IMG/VR virus record: IMGVR_UViG_3300044527_000635
Location: 1-62,493 of that record
Source of the DNA: a virus
Taxonomy: Duplodnaviria > Caudoviricetes
DNA: 62,493 bases
Strand: one strand, 5' to 3'
Both the position numbers and the translations under genes were made by a program. Positions 46,301 to 54,402 of the stretch are shown one piece after another. Within the stretch, counting starts at the first letter, position 1. Each line of letters begins with the position of its first letter. The notes under the pieces are model-generated. The model had not been told where the DNA came from. It saw only the letters and a list, made by a program, of their open reading frames with translations, and did not search any database.

Positions 46301-48908
46301 TGTTCGTAGTGTTGATCTTCGTATCAAGAGTCGAACCAGTGGCAGCTAGGTTAGTGTTCGTAGTGTTGATCTTGGTATCAAGAGTCGAACCAGTGGCAGC
46401 TAGGTTAGTGTTCGTAGTGTTGATCTTGGTATCAAGAGTCGAACCTGTGGCAGCTAGGTTAGTGTTCGTAGTGTTGATCTTCGTATCAAGAGTCGAACCT
46501 GTGGCAGCTAAGTTAACTACCGTAGCGAAGGTACTGTTGGAGTAACCACTCAGAGTGTTGATCTTCGTGTCAAGGACCGAACCAGTTGCAGCTAGGTTCG
46601 TTATCGTCGCGAAGGTCGCATTTGAGTAGCCACTCAGAGTGTTAATCTTAGTATCAAGGACCGAACCAGTTGCGGCAATGTTTCCGCTCAAAGAAGTAAT
46701 CGTTGGGGAAATTATCCCGACAGCGGCCTCTAAAGATCCGTCTGTCTTAATTCTTGAGCTAGATATTCTGTACAAGTTAGCGCTAGCATCGCCACCAAAA
46801 GTTAAACCGTTTGCTGCGCTAGTTGACCCTGCTGTTCCTACGCTAAGTAAAGATAAAGGCGTAAAAGTTCCTATGCCAACATAACCCGATTGAGTAATAC
46901 GCATTCTCTCATCTGTACTAACATTACCTTCATGAGTGTTAAACCCAATGAACTGAGAATTGTATCCTGACGAACTTGATGCTGTATTATAAACTGTCAT
47001 TCCCGCTAGGCCACCGCCATCGATTAAGCCAAATCCTATATTAGATCCTCTATTTACTAGAGCATGAGATGTAAGAAACGTTCTGCGAACGAAGCTGTCT
47101 GCGGTTGTAGAGTTGTAATTAACTTCTATATTCCCTTGTACGGTAAGTTTCCCAATAGGACTTGCCGTACCTATACCAACGTTACCGTTTGTATCAATTC
47201 GAACCCTGTCTGTGTCGTTTGTTCTTAAAGAGAATCCATGATTTGTGACTGAGCCAGCATACACAAGCGAAGTGCCAGTGTTCGCAATCATCCCACCTTG
47301 CACAGTATTTGTTCCTGCTGACACCCGAATGCGAGCATCAGCGCCAGCGGTATCAACGTGCAACAATGTGGCTGGACTTGTTGTACCTATACCAACGTTA
47401 CCATTTGTATCTATTGTTAAACGTTGCGCATTTGATGTATAAAAATAAAGATTATCAGCGAAATAACTTATTATACCGGCACTATTAGTGCTATTTGAAA
47501 ATTTTATAGCAGCAAAAGCAGCAGAAGATGCAATATGTAATTTTTGTTCTGGAGCAGTTGTTCCTATACCAACATTACCACCAGCAGCGATTCTTAGTCT
47601 TTCTGTTCCATTTGTCGTAAATACTAGTGGATACGCTTGTGCAACGCCAAGGTAAGCAAGGCCTGTAGCCACACCATATACATTTGTCGCAGCAGCATTA
47701 TTAAATCCAACTGCACCACCAACTAAAGCCCTAACATCAAAACTTAATTTTACATCAGTTCCTGTCGCGTTTACTGTAGAAATGCTTCCGCCTTCAACTG
47801 CTAACCTTGAAGCTGGCGTAAGTGTCCCTATGCCTACGCTACCACCCGCTTGAATAACCATTCTAGTAGTATCTCCAAGAGCATTATCGTATCCAATAAA
47901 TTGAGCGATATAAGCGGTGGTAGTATCATTTGTAAATACTTTTAATGCTGTAGTAGCTGATGACTGTCTTATATCTAATTTAGCAGCAGGGTTATTTGAA
48001 CCAATTCCCAAACTTCCACCAGTAGCAAATGTAAAAAGTTCATTAAAAGTAGATCCATTATAATAAAAATACTGTAAAGCATGCGGAGAAGTTGATGAGC
48101 TAAGTCTTTTAGATATATGCCAAAATGTTCTAACTCCAGCCATATTAGAACCAAGATTTAAATTAGAATAACCATCTCCAATTGTTTCTGCTCCAAGAGT
48201 TGCTTGAGTATCGTATCCAGAAGAAACAGTAACTATTCCATAATCAACAAGACCATTGCTACCGTTATCTCCAATTTTTGATATTTGTAATTTCGCAGCG
48301 GGGCTTGTTGTGCCTATTCCAACTGCTGTACCTATATCATAAATACTACCTGTAACCAATTGTTTAGTGCCGCTCCAGCGAGGGACGTAGTTGGATACTC
48401 CGACTCCAGAAAGGAAAGTGTTACCTGCGTAACCGCTCAGAGAGTTAATCTTCGTATCAAGAGTCGAACCAGTAGCAGCTAGGTTAAGGATCGTCGCAAA
48501 GTTCGCATTGGAGTAGCCGCTCAAGGTGTTGATCTTCGTATCAAGAGTCGAACCAGTAGCAGCTAGGTTAAGGATCGTAGCAAAGTTCGCATTGGAGTAA
48601 CCACTCAGAGTGTTGATCTTCGTATCAAGGGCAGAATCAGTTGTAGCTAGGTTCGTTATCGTCGCGAAGGTCGCATTAGAGTAACCGCTAAGAGAATTTA
48701 TCCTATTATTTAATAAAGTTCCAGTAGCAGCAATTTGCCCACTTAAAGACGCAAGATCAGCGTTACTTGAATCCGCTTGCCACATTACGCCTGATGACGT
48801 ACAGGCTAAAACTTGACCGGGAGTTCCTAAACTACTGGAATAGTCAAATATAAAACCAGAAATTTGAATTCCTGTCGTCAGAACTTCATCTATAGCAAAT
48901 TGAGCCAT
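43350..48908 (-). CDS. Giant tail fibre with coiled-coil repeats, GNVGIGT repeats and a probable C-terminal intramolecular chaperone
   Basis: 1852 aa. The C-terminus 'TKSFDITHP..GKRLAHASLEGPENGVYFRG...LPHYW..LV...AERKDV..L..E' is typical of fibre C-terminal chaperone-like domains. Confidence 0.85.
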   Translation of the reverse strand: MAQFAIDEVLTTGIQISGFIFDYSSSLGTPGQVLACTSSGVMWQADSSNADLASLSGQIAATGTLLNNRINSLSGYSNATFATITNLATTDSALDTKINTLSGYSNANFATILNLAATGSTLDTKINTLSGYSNANFATILNLAATGSTLDTKINSLSGYAGNTFLSGVGVSNYVPRWSGTKQLVTGSIYDIGTAVGIGTTSPAAKLQISKIGDNGSNGLVDYGIVTVSSGYDTQATLGAETIGDGYSNLNLGSNMAGVRTFWHISKRLSSSTSPHALQYFYYNGSTFNELFTFATGGSLGIGSNNPAAKLDIRQSSATTALKVFTNDTTTAYIAQFIGYDNALGDTTRMVIQAGGSVGIGTLTPASRLAVEGGSISTVNATGTDVKLSFDVRALVGGAVGFNNAAATNVYGVATGLAYLGVAQAYPLVFTTNGTERLRIAAGGNVGIGTTAPEQKLHIASSAAFAAIKFSNSTNSAGIISYFADNLYFYTSNAQRLTIDTNGNVGIGTTSPATLLHVDTAGADARIRVSAGTNTVQGGMIANTGTSLVYAGSVTNHGFSLRTNDTDRVRIDTNGNVGIGTASPIGKLTVQGNIEVNYNSTTADSFVRRTFLTSHALVNRGSNIGFGLIDGGGLAGMTVYNTASSSSGYNSQFIGFNTHEGNVSTDERMRITQSGYVGIGTFTPLSLLSVGTAGSTSAANGLTFGGDASANLYRISSSRIKTDGSLEAAVGIISPTITSLSGNIAATGSVLDTKINTLSGYSNATFATITNLAATGSVLDTKINTLSGYSNSTFATVVNLAATGSTLDTKINTTNTNLAATGSTLDTKINTTNTNLAATGSTLDTKINTTNTNLAATGSTLDTKINTTNTNLAATGSTLNARINSLSGYAGSTFLSGQGTANWTSRWNGAKELITGSIYDLGTGIGIGTTSPTSRLTVVQSAGADSVLLDLQSNNDPGIRFGRPTYGSLIRHISDTVDYIAFNCNGASLPSVAATAQVVIDENGNVGIGTTNPAHKLEVYNTANSQTYVRINNQNNGISAYAGVDLQSYGGGWQVRVPASTTFVNPLLFSFNEIERARITSDGKVGIGTASPTTLLSVGGAGSTAAASGITFGADASANLYRESSASIRTDGAFLAAGRIRSLDYIQFNSNLYSNAFTNPIDINVGNVAGNAWLSAIRFNQGGYVGIGTNQPSGKLHIVSSVAGETVLRTDGTNGTLFSVVDDLSDSLMSVNNSAGLPVLEVFADDRVVAGQYGSGDFVLINNKVGIGTSNPANKLSVIGAASIGSNSYNVSAPANGLIVEGSVGIGTTSSSYKLRVYDANNTTPLSIEPGDKAAFRFAGNSTSAYTTTFNINDTALYIGHDSSVRSFNLQTNSTDRLTIKGDGNIGIGITSPLQKLQVDGVVGNPASVGVTQSGIFRISNTTDNAVLDFGIRAGGLGAWIQSTDETSLAANYPLLLNPNGGNVGIGTTNPTGKLSVDSFGANAFNVCDSFSSNVRVTVATVNTAGFTYGLIQTYQHNTNTAGVSPLNIQPFGGNVGIGTSVPTGLLNVTRNSNTAQPIAFFKELFGSPAATNILLLERGNNLSAANQTTSNAGLRIRDHSSDYSLSIEDHNSNVNFAISGSKVLVGSRGTNSLLNVGGAGSALAASGLTFGGDAEANLYRSAEDTIKTDGSLIVAGNVTAANLVSGNGTANFITKWNGTKSIANSQIFDDGTYVGINTAVNTTYRLQVIGSFAATTKSFDITHPTVSGKRLAHASLEGPENGVYFRGRNNNSEIKLPHYWSGLVHDDSITVDLTSIGKRKDGKVRDYSVDQIGDNKVYIYTDSDDNIYNYYYTIFAERKDVSKLVTERYTE
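45117..45302 (-). repeat. 62-codon module, protein-identical to 38342..38527
   Basis: Same peptide as 38342..38527, with 42 of 62 codons synonymously different. Confidence 0.95.
46272..46514. repeat. 54-bp coding tandem repeat, about 4.5 copies
   Basis: Unit aagagtcgaaccagtggcagctaggttagtgttcgtagtgttgatcttggtatc starts at 46272, 46326, 46380, 46434 and 46488 (partial). It encodes NLAATGSTLDTKINTTNT. Confidence 0.95.
46515..46680. repeat. 84-bp coding repeat (2 copies), related to 48430..48720
   Basis: Encodes (N)(I/L)AATGSVLDTKINTLSGYSN(A/S)TFAT units. Confidence 0.85.
48430..48720. repeat. 84-bp coding tandem repeat, about 3.5 copies
   Basis: 'ttcgtatcaa' recurs at 48451, 48535 and 48619; the unit encodes the 28-aa NLAATGSTLDTKINTLSGYSNANFATIL. 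Confidence 0.92.
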
Positions 48909-48925
48909 TTGTAAACCTTAAACCT

Positions 48926-48940
48926 TATTATTAATTACAC
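48926..48940 (-). promoter_or_regulatory. GTGTAA promoter-like motif before the fibre operon
   Basis: GTGTAATTAATAATAAGGTTTAAGGTTTACAAATG, directly after a terminator T-tract. Confidence 0.6.
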
Positions 48941-48980
48941 AAAAAAATCTCTAGCCCCCTAAAAATCGAGAGCTAAAGAT
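48941..48980 (-). terminator. Intrinsic terminator
   Basis: ATCTTTAGCTCTC...GGGGGCTAGAGAT (with G-U pairs) followed by TTTTTT. Confidence 0.7.
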
Positions 48981-49010
48981 TGCGTTTTTAAGATTGCTAT
49001 CTAATTTAAA

Positions 49011-49235
49011 TTAGAGTTGCATCTTCGGGAATGGAGGAATCTCTGGAGCCGTCGCTGAATTGACTACGCTTTGAAGAGCCGCAGTACACTTGTCAAGGTA
49101 TACATGCTCATCGTAACTCAATCGACTCTGACGAGCTAGACCTACAAAAGTGTTTAAGGCAATTTGTGCGGTAGGATCTGGCAGGTCTTTAACGGATGGA
49201 GGTTGCTGGGGTGGCTGTTGATTGGTCTGTTCCAT
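49011..49235 (-). CDS. Hypothetical protein
   Basis: 74-aa ORF between the capsid cluster and a terminator. Confidence 0.65.
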   Translation of the reverse strand: MEQTNQQPPQQPPSVKDLPDPTAQIALNTFVGLARQSRLSYDEHVYLDKCTAALQSVVNSATAPEIPPFPKMQL

Positions 49236-49242
49236 ATATTTA

Positions 49243-49596
49243 TTATCTTCCTTCGGCTAAAATTTTCTTTGCAATATCAGAGACGTTATTGTCACTGACT
49301 CTTTGATTTCCGGCTACTTTTAGATAAGAATTATTGTGTCTGCGAAATTCATTCAATAATCGCTCTCTCAACATCTTCATATTATCTACAGGGATAAGGC
49401 TCATTTTAAGGGCATGATTTTGGAGATCGCTTTTAGTCATGGCATTCAACTGACTCCAATATTCGTCTTCATTAAAAGTCCCGTATTTATCTGATCCAGA
49501 ATCGCCAAGAATTTGATCGAGAGTTTGGTACTGCTTCTCTTCAATCTTGGCATGAGTTTGATTTAGATCTTCTAGAGCTTGCTTCTTTTTAGCCAT
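49243..49596 (-). CDS. Hypothetical protein downstream of the major capsid gene
   Basis: 117 aa with a helical 'LNAMTKSDLQNHA' (Rho-N/SAP-like) segment. Confidence 0.65.
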   Translation of the reverse strand: MAKKKQALEDLNQTHAKIEEKQYQTLDQILGDSGSDKYGTFNEDEYWSQLNAMTKSDLQNHALKMSLIPVDNMKMLRERLLNEFRRHNNSYLKVAGNQRVSDNNVSDIAKKILAEGR

Positions 49597-49632
49597 ACCA
49601 TATTCTAATATATATAAAGGAAAATATAAAAT

Positions 49633-49662
49633 AAAAAACCCCAGAGGGGTTACCTCTGGGGC
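49633..49662 (-). terminator. Intrinsic terminator after the major capsid gene
   Basis: GCCCCAGAGG-TAACC-CCTCTGGGGT followed by TTTTT. Confidence 0.9.
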
Positions 49663-49683
49663 TAAAACTAAGAGAGTTTTTAA

Positions 49684-50829
49684 TTAGTTGGTGATAACAC
49701 CACCGACAGCGCGAGCATCGACGCAAACGCGACCTTCCTCTAGGAATCCGTAGAAGCCAGTCTTCTCTGCGCGAGAGATGAATTGGTCATCAGGGAGAAC
49801 AGTGAGTTGTCCACCGCTCTCAGCGTTTGTAGCAACTGGACGGACGAAGGCCTCACGGCTCAAATCAAGACCAATTGAGAGGTCATGAGAAGCAGTGGCG
49901 AAGGTGACAGCATTTGCACCATTGATGTCAGGATAAGTGGTTACGTCAAATGAATCAAATAGAGTGTTATACTTTTGGTTCTTACCAAGTTCGATTAGCT
50001 CGATAATGTTGATACCGAACAAGCTCTCCATCCCGCCGCCTCTATACAACTCAGTGCGAACATCTTCAGACAATTGAGTTTGAGTAGTAGAAGAGGTTGC
50101 AAAGATAGGATTAAATGAGAAAGCGCGAATCTTAGCCTTAATTTCTGGGCTAATAAAGAGGTCAGTCAACCCGCGAGCAGAGGCATCAGAAGGAGTACCA
50201 CCAGCAAATGAAACATTAATTCTCTTAAAGCGGAGAATCAAGTCATTCAAGCAGCCTAGATCAAAAGCTCTTGCGCCACCAACTGGAGCGATAAGATGCT
50301 TCAAAGCTCCAGAGGCTGAAAAAGAAGCTGAACGACCATTCAAGGTAGCAGCAGCGCCGAGAGCCTTCAAGATAACAGCCCAAGCATTGCGCTCTTGCTT
50401 AATAAGAACCTCTTGAGCCATACGATCCAAAGCTCCACTAACTACGTCAAGACGAGCCTTACGAGCATACTTCTTATTGAAAGAGACAGCAGAGTCAAGA
50501 CGGTAGGTGGCGAGCTTCAACTCTTGAACTGGTTGATCCATGTAGTTGGAGGGTAGACCACCAGCGACATTTTGAGCCCAGACGGAAACTAGGCCAGCGG
50601 CCTCGTTGTAATAAAGATCAAGAGGATAAGAAGGACTATCGTCTTCGTTAAACTCCATGTCTTTGTAAATCATGCTGGCAGTACCAGCTTGAGCGAGGAC
50701 CTTTTGGATAACTGGTCCTACGAAAGCGGCCAAGGCTTCCATAGCTTCAGCAGCCTCAACTACATTGCGAGAACCAACCTTCTTGATTAGCTCTACTTGT
50801 TCTGGCGTATTTTTTAATTTAAGTCTCAT
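49684..50829 (-). CDS. Major capsid protein (HK97 fold expected)
   Basis: 381 aa after the protease/scaffold and decoration genes and before a strong terminator. Motifs 'LTDLFISPE', 'LFGINIIEL' and 'GFYGFLEEGRVCVDARAV'; many C-ending codons, suggesting high expression. Confidence 0.85.
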   Translation of the reverse strand: MRLKLKNTPEQVELIKKVGSRNVVEAAEAMEALAAFVGPVIQKVLAQAGTASMIYKDMEFNEDDSPSYPLDLYYNEAAGLVSVWAQNVAGGLPSNYMDQPVQELKLATYRLDSAVSFNKKYARKARLDVVSGALDRMAQEVLIKQERNAWAVILKALGAAATLNGRSASFSASGALKHLIAPVGGARAFDLGCLNDLILRFKRINVSFAGGTPSDASARGLTDLFISPEIKAKIRAFSFNPIFATSSTTQTQLSEDVRTELYRGGGMESLFGINIIELIELGKNQKYNTLFDSFDVTTYPDINGANAVTFATASHDLSIGLDLSREAFVRPVATNAESGGQLTVLPDDQFISRAEKTGFYGFLEEGRVCVDARAVGGVITN

Positions 50830-50865
50830 ATTATAATTAATTAATTGGTTAGGTTAGTGGTTATA

Positions 50866-51429
50866 TTATAGGTCGAGGTTCAATAGTGCATAACCATCAT
50901 CGTCAGCAGAACCTAGATAAGTTCCAACTTTGACATAAGAACCGTGAATAGAAGCATTTGACTCTAGTTCTCCGAGAGTATTAATAAAGGCATTATTACC
51001 AGCGGTAGCGCCAGTAGCATAAGCCAAGATAATACCGCGCTTGAGAACTGGTACAGTTTGTCCAGAGACAACAGCACTCAATTCAGCAGCCTTACGAGGA
51101 TTGAAGATCAACTTCTCGCCGTTTTCGTCAGTTTCGCGAACGTCATTAAGGAGCAATCCAATGACCTTGTTAGCATCGCCAGTACCAGCAGTGGTAACGC
51201 GAGCGGTGGTAGAGTAACGATCAGAAACGACGTTAGAGTATGAAGCGCCAACGGAGGTAGCTGATGTGATATTTAAACTATCATCAGAGTTTTTCCAGCC
51301 ATTGCCGAGGACTTTAACGAAAGTTCCTTTGTTTACAGTTTCGAGATCGAAAGCGAACATGTTGATAACTTCATGCTCACCATAACCGCGAAATGGTTTA
51401 ATTAATCTTTTAGTAGATGAATATGCCAT
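50866..51429 (-). CDS. Capsid decoration/cement protein
   Basis: 187 aa between scaffold and capsid, with 'IGLLLNDV...SGQTVPVLKRGI' beta-tulip-like pattern. Confidence 0.65.
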   Translation of the reverse strand: MAYSSTKRLIKPFRGYGEHEVINMFAFDLETVNKGTFVKVLGNGWKNSDDSLNITSATSVGASYSNVVSDRYSTTARVTTAGTGDANKVIGLLLNDVRETDENGEKLIFNPRKAAELSAVVSGQTVPVLKRGIILAYATGATAGNNAFINTLGELESNASIHGSYVKVGTYLGSADDDGYALLNLDL

Positions 51430-51458
51430 AGTGTTTTCCTATATATTTATTTGTTTGT

Positions 51459-52928
51459 TTATTTTGTAATAACGAAGCCTTCGTCATTAAAAGCTGATTG
51501 GTATTTTTGCTTAACAGTCTTTGATGGATTAACCATGCCAGCAGTGATTTGATCAGCTTGCTGAGTTCCATTGTTAATAGCGTCATCAACGACAGTAGCA
51601 TTTTCTGTAGAGGCTACAGTTTCTTTGACTTCAGAAGAGGCGACTTGTTTAGTGTCTTCTTTTGGAGTTTTTGAAGCTTTGTAAGCCTTATTCTTTTCCT
51701 TCATTAGGACGCCCATTTTCTTTTGGTAGGCGGAGAAAGAAGTTTCATCTAAATCTCTGATATCGTTAGCAATTACTTCTCTGTCTTCGGTATCAAGATC
51801 GTACTCTTCATCAAGCGCAGCCATTCTGGAAGAGAATACTTCTTGCTTCTCCTTGGAAGATTTTTCTTGTTGTAGAGCTTCTAAAGATTGCTTGAGAGAC
51901 TCAAGCTCCTTCTTTAGGTTTTCAGAATCAGAAGAGAGACTAGCGAACTTCTCTTCAGCGTCCTTGATTGCATCTTCTTTAGCTTTTTGTTCAGCAGCGA
52001 ATTTCTCAGAGGCATCTTTGAGTTGCTCTCCAATAAAGTCCCTGATGGAAGAAGCGGTTGCCTCTTTAAGCAACTCATCAGTAATTTGAGATAATTCAGA
52101 TATTTTCATATTCTTTCTTTCGATAATTACATTAGATTCTAACGTTTGTGAAATTTCTTCCGCTTTTTGCTCTACAATTTGTTCAGATTCTTGTTTTCTG
52201 ACGCTAACACCGATAACATCAGCAGCGGGACTTGCTGTTAAACCAACCCCAAGAGGCAGCACTCGGCCTTTAATTTTACGGTAAATTAATTGATTTTCAT
52301 TCAGTCTTCCGCTGCCACCAAAGCCGGTTAACTTTCCTTTGATCTTTTCAATCTCTTCTTTGTCAGAAATGATTGTAGCATTTTCAATATTCTTTTCAGA
52401 TCCCTCTAATACCGCTACTTCAAAATCATTATAACCCAATTCCCAAGAGGCGCTGACCTTCATGTAGTTGTTAGAAGTAGGGTCATTTGATTCTTCGATA
52501 GTATTGGCAAGGTCTTTGTTCACAATCTTCCAAACCACACCGCCAAGGGTGATATTGTATGGTTCTTTTTTGTCTTTGACTTGCTCTTCGGTAAGTGGGG
52601 CATCAGTCCCAAACTCAGAAAATCCTGCTGACAAGATAACGCCAACTATATTAGCGCGATTGTGTTCAATATTGATTGGCTTATTGATGAAATTTTTATA
52701 CATCTCAGAAGCAATAGCAGAATCAACTACATCACCATTTTTATTAACACGATTTACGACACAAGCATTAAATGCAATTGGCAAAAGATCCATATTAGAC
52801 TCAGCATTAACGTTAGGAATAAAATTCCCCACATCAATAAGACTGGCTAATGATAAATACTTATCTTTTTCCTCAGAAACCAATGGTCTGATTGAAGAAC
52901 TAAATGTTGTAGAGAATTCAAATTTCAT
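51459..52928 (-). CDS. Prohead protease fused to a coiled-coil scaffold
   Basis: 'VNKNGD', 'NKPINIEH', 'SASWEL' (His/Ser) and 'GVGLTASPAA', followed by an acidic coiled-coil C-terminal half. Confidence 0.82.
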   Translation of the reverse strand: MKFEFSTTFSSSIRPLVSEEKDKYLSLASLIDVGNFIPNVNAESNMDLLPIAFNACVVNRVNKNGDVVDSAIASEMYKNFINKPINIEHNRANIVGVILSAGFSEFGTDAPLTEEQVKDKKEPYNITLGGVVWKIVNKDLANTIEESNDPTSNNYMKVSASWELGYNDFEVAVLEGSEKNIENATIISDKEEIEKIKGKLTGFGGSGRLNENQLIYRKIKGRVLPLGVGLTASPAADVIGVSVRKQESEQIVEQKAEEISQTLESNVIIERKNMKISELSQITDELLKEATASSIRDFIGEQLKDASEKFAAEQKAKEDAIKDAEEKFASLSSDSENLKKELESLKQSLEALQQEKSSKEKQEVFSSRMAALDEEYDLDTEDREVIANDIRDLDETSFSAYQKKMGVLMKEKNKAYKASKTPKEDTKQVASSEVKETVASTENATVVDDAINNGTQQADQITAGMVNPSKTVKQKYQSAFNDEGFVITK

Positions 52929-52929
52929 A

Positions 52930-53232
52930 TTATTCTAGGAAATAATTAATACTGCCGATTGAGTTAGCGGGAACGATGGCAACGCCCGAAAAATCAGGAA
53001 CGTCTATAGGCACAGAAAAGTTGCAGTTTCCTTGAGCAATATAAGCCAAAATACTGCCAGTAGTTGTGGCACCTGCATTTAACAAGGTGATAGCGTTGTT
53101 AGTTGCTACTACATCAGTGATAAAGATTCTTGAATTTCCACTATTAGGAGGTTGAATGACTACACCAGAAGTAGTGAAATTAGCTATGAGGCCATTTACC
53201 GCAGCTACGCCATGTTGAATAAAAGATTTCAT
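52930..53232 (-). CDS. Small beta-rich virion protein
   Basis: 100-aa hydrophobic beta-strand ORF in the head cluster. Confidence 0.55.
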   Translation of the reverse strand: MKSFIQHGVAAVNGLIANFTTSGVVIQPPNSGNSRIFITDVVATNNAITLLNAGATTTGSILAYIAQGNCNFSVPIDVPDFSGVAIVPANSIGSINYFLE

Positions 53233-53243
53233 TGTTTTATATA

Positions 53244-54401
53244 TTATTTATTTTTTTTATATTGTAGCAAGCAAGTTTGAAATTTTTCTTTGTCAGTTCC
53301 CTCTTGAGAGGGTATGCATTTTTGAAGGAAATCTCTGAAATTTTGGCCCTCTGTTTCGCACATTGACTTGTACTCTTCCTCTTCTTCGTAAGAAGCGTAG
53401 GTTTGAGCGCGAGATAGTTGATCGACTGTTTTGGTTAGTACTTCACCCTTTTTGTAAGTTGGGCCTTCGTTAATCACTTCGTATGAAATGACTTTACCCA
53501 TTTGATTTGGTAAATCTTTAATTTCTTTTACGATTCCTTCGCTACCATAATGATTACAGTTCTTATTCACATTTCTGACCTTCTGACCAACCATAAACAT
53601 TGGTTCAGAACTCATATAGTTAGCGTCAGACTCTTCGGCAAACATTACATAGTTATGAATCATTACCATGTAATCTTCAGTAATGGCAATCTTGCCTTGC
53701 AGCCATGACTCTGTTAAGTTTTCTTTAATTTTCTCATTATTTAAAGCATTAAGGATATTCTCCGCATGAGTTTTAATAGAATTCAAAGAGCTAACTGACA
53801 TTTCTAAATATTCGTTCTTGTACTCTTCCATTTCGCTCTCTTCTGACTCTATCATTTCTTCGGCTTTTGATAAATCAGGCCAAATTTTTAATAGCTCACT
53901 TCCATCCCAAAAAGTAATGCCATCCCACTCTTCTTCGTTTGCTTGAGCTTTCTTTAAGGCACCTTGCTTTGGATAATCTTTATCTCCGGGTTTCGCTGGC
54001 TTATAGTTCTTGCCAAGACGATCTTTCTTCTTCTGGATATTATGCCAAAGGCCTTTCCCAGCTTCTACTTCTAAACTAGAAATCCCTGCTGAAGCTTCAA
54101 CTGGAGAACCCGCTCTCCATTGATAACATGACCAATACTTAGCTTTCCATTTTGGACCGGGATTCTTGTCGCAACCATGTCTTGCTCTAAAACTTTTTCT
54201 TCTAGCAGGATCGTCTCTCTTGATCTCCATGTTAGGATCACCAAAGTTAACCTTTACGACGTTTCCTTTTTCATTTTTGACATAAACAGAAAACTTTTTA
54301 GGCCCATCAGGAGTTCTGAATGGCTTATTTAATGTTTTCTTTTCTTTGTCTGCGGCGATAATCTTAAAGGAGATATCGATTTCGAGTTCTTGGATTTTCA
54401 T
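53244..54401 (-). CDS. Multi-module head-associated protein
   Basis: Short modules in series: 'KVNFGDPNM..KRDDPARRKSFRARH.C...YWSC..W', 'GLWHNI..KK.R', 'ESWLQGKIAITEDY' and an SH3-like 'FMVGQKVRN'. Confidence 0.6.
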   Translation of the reverse strand: MKIQELEIDISFKIIAADKEKKTLNKPFRTPDGPKKFSVYVKNEKGNVVKVNFGDPNMEIKRDDPARRKSFRARHGCDKNPGPKWKAKYWSCYQWRAGSPVEASAGISSLEVEAGKGLWHNIQKKKDRLGKNYKPAKPGDKDYPKQGALKKAQANEEEWDGITFWDGSELLKIWPDLSKAEEMIESEESEMEEYKNEYLEMSVSSLNSIKTHAENILNALNNEKIKENLTESWLQGKIAITEDYMVMIHNYVMFAEESDANYMSSEPMFMVGQKVRNVNKNCNHYGSEGIVKEIKDLPNQMGKVISYEVINEGPTYKKGEVLTKTVDQLSRAQTYASYEEEEEYKSMCETEGQNFRDFLQKCIPSQEGTDKEKFQTCLLQYKKNK

Positions 54402-54402
54402 G

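Noticed and set aside
46272-46514. CRISPR-like array
   Set aside because: Units are contiguous 54-bp repeats without unique spacers, lie in frame inside a fibre gene, and no cas genes are present.
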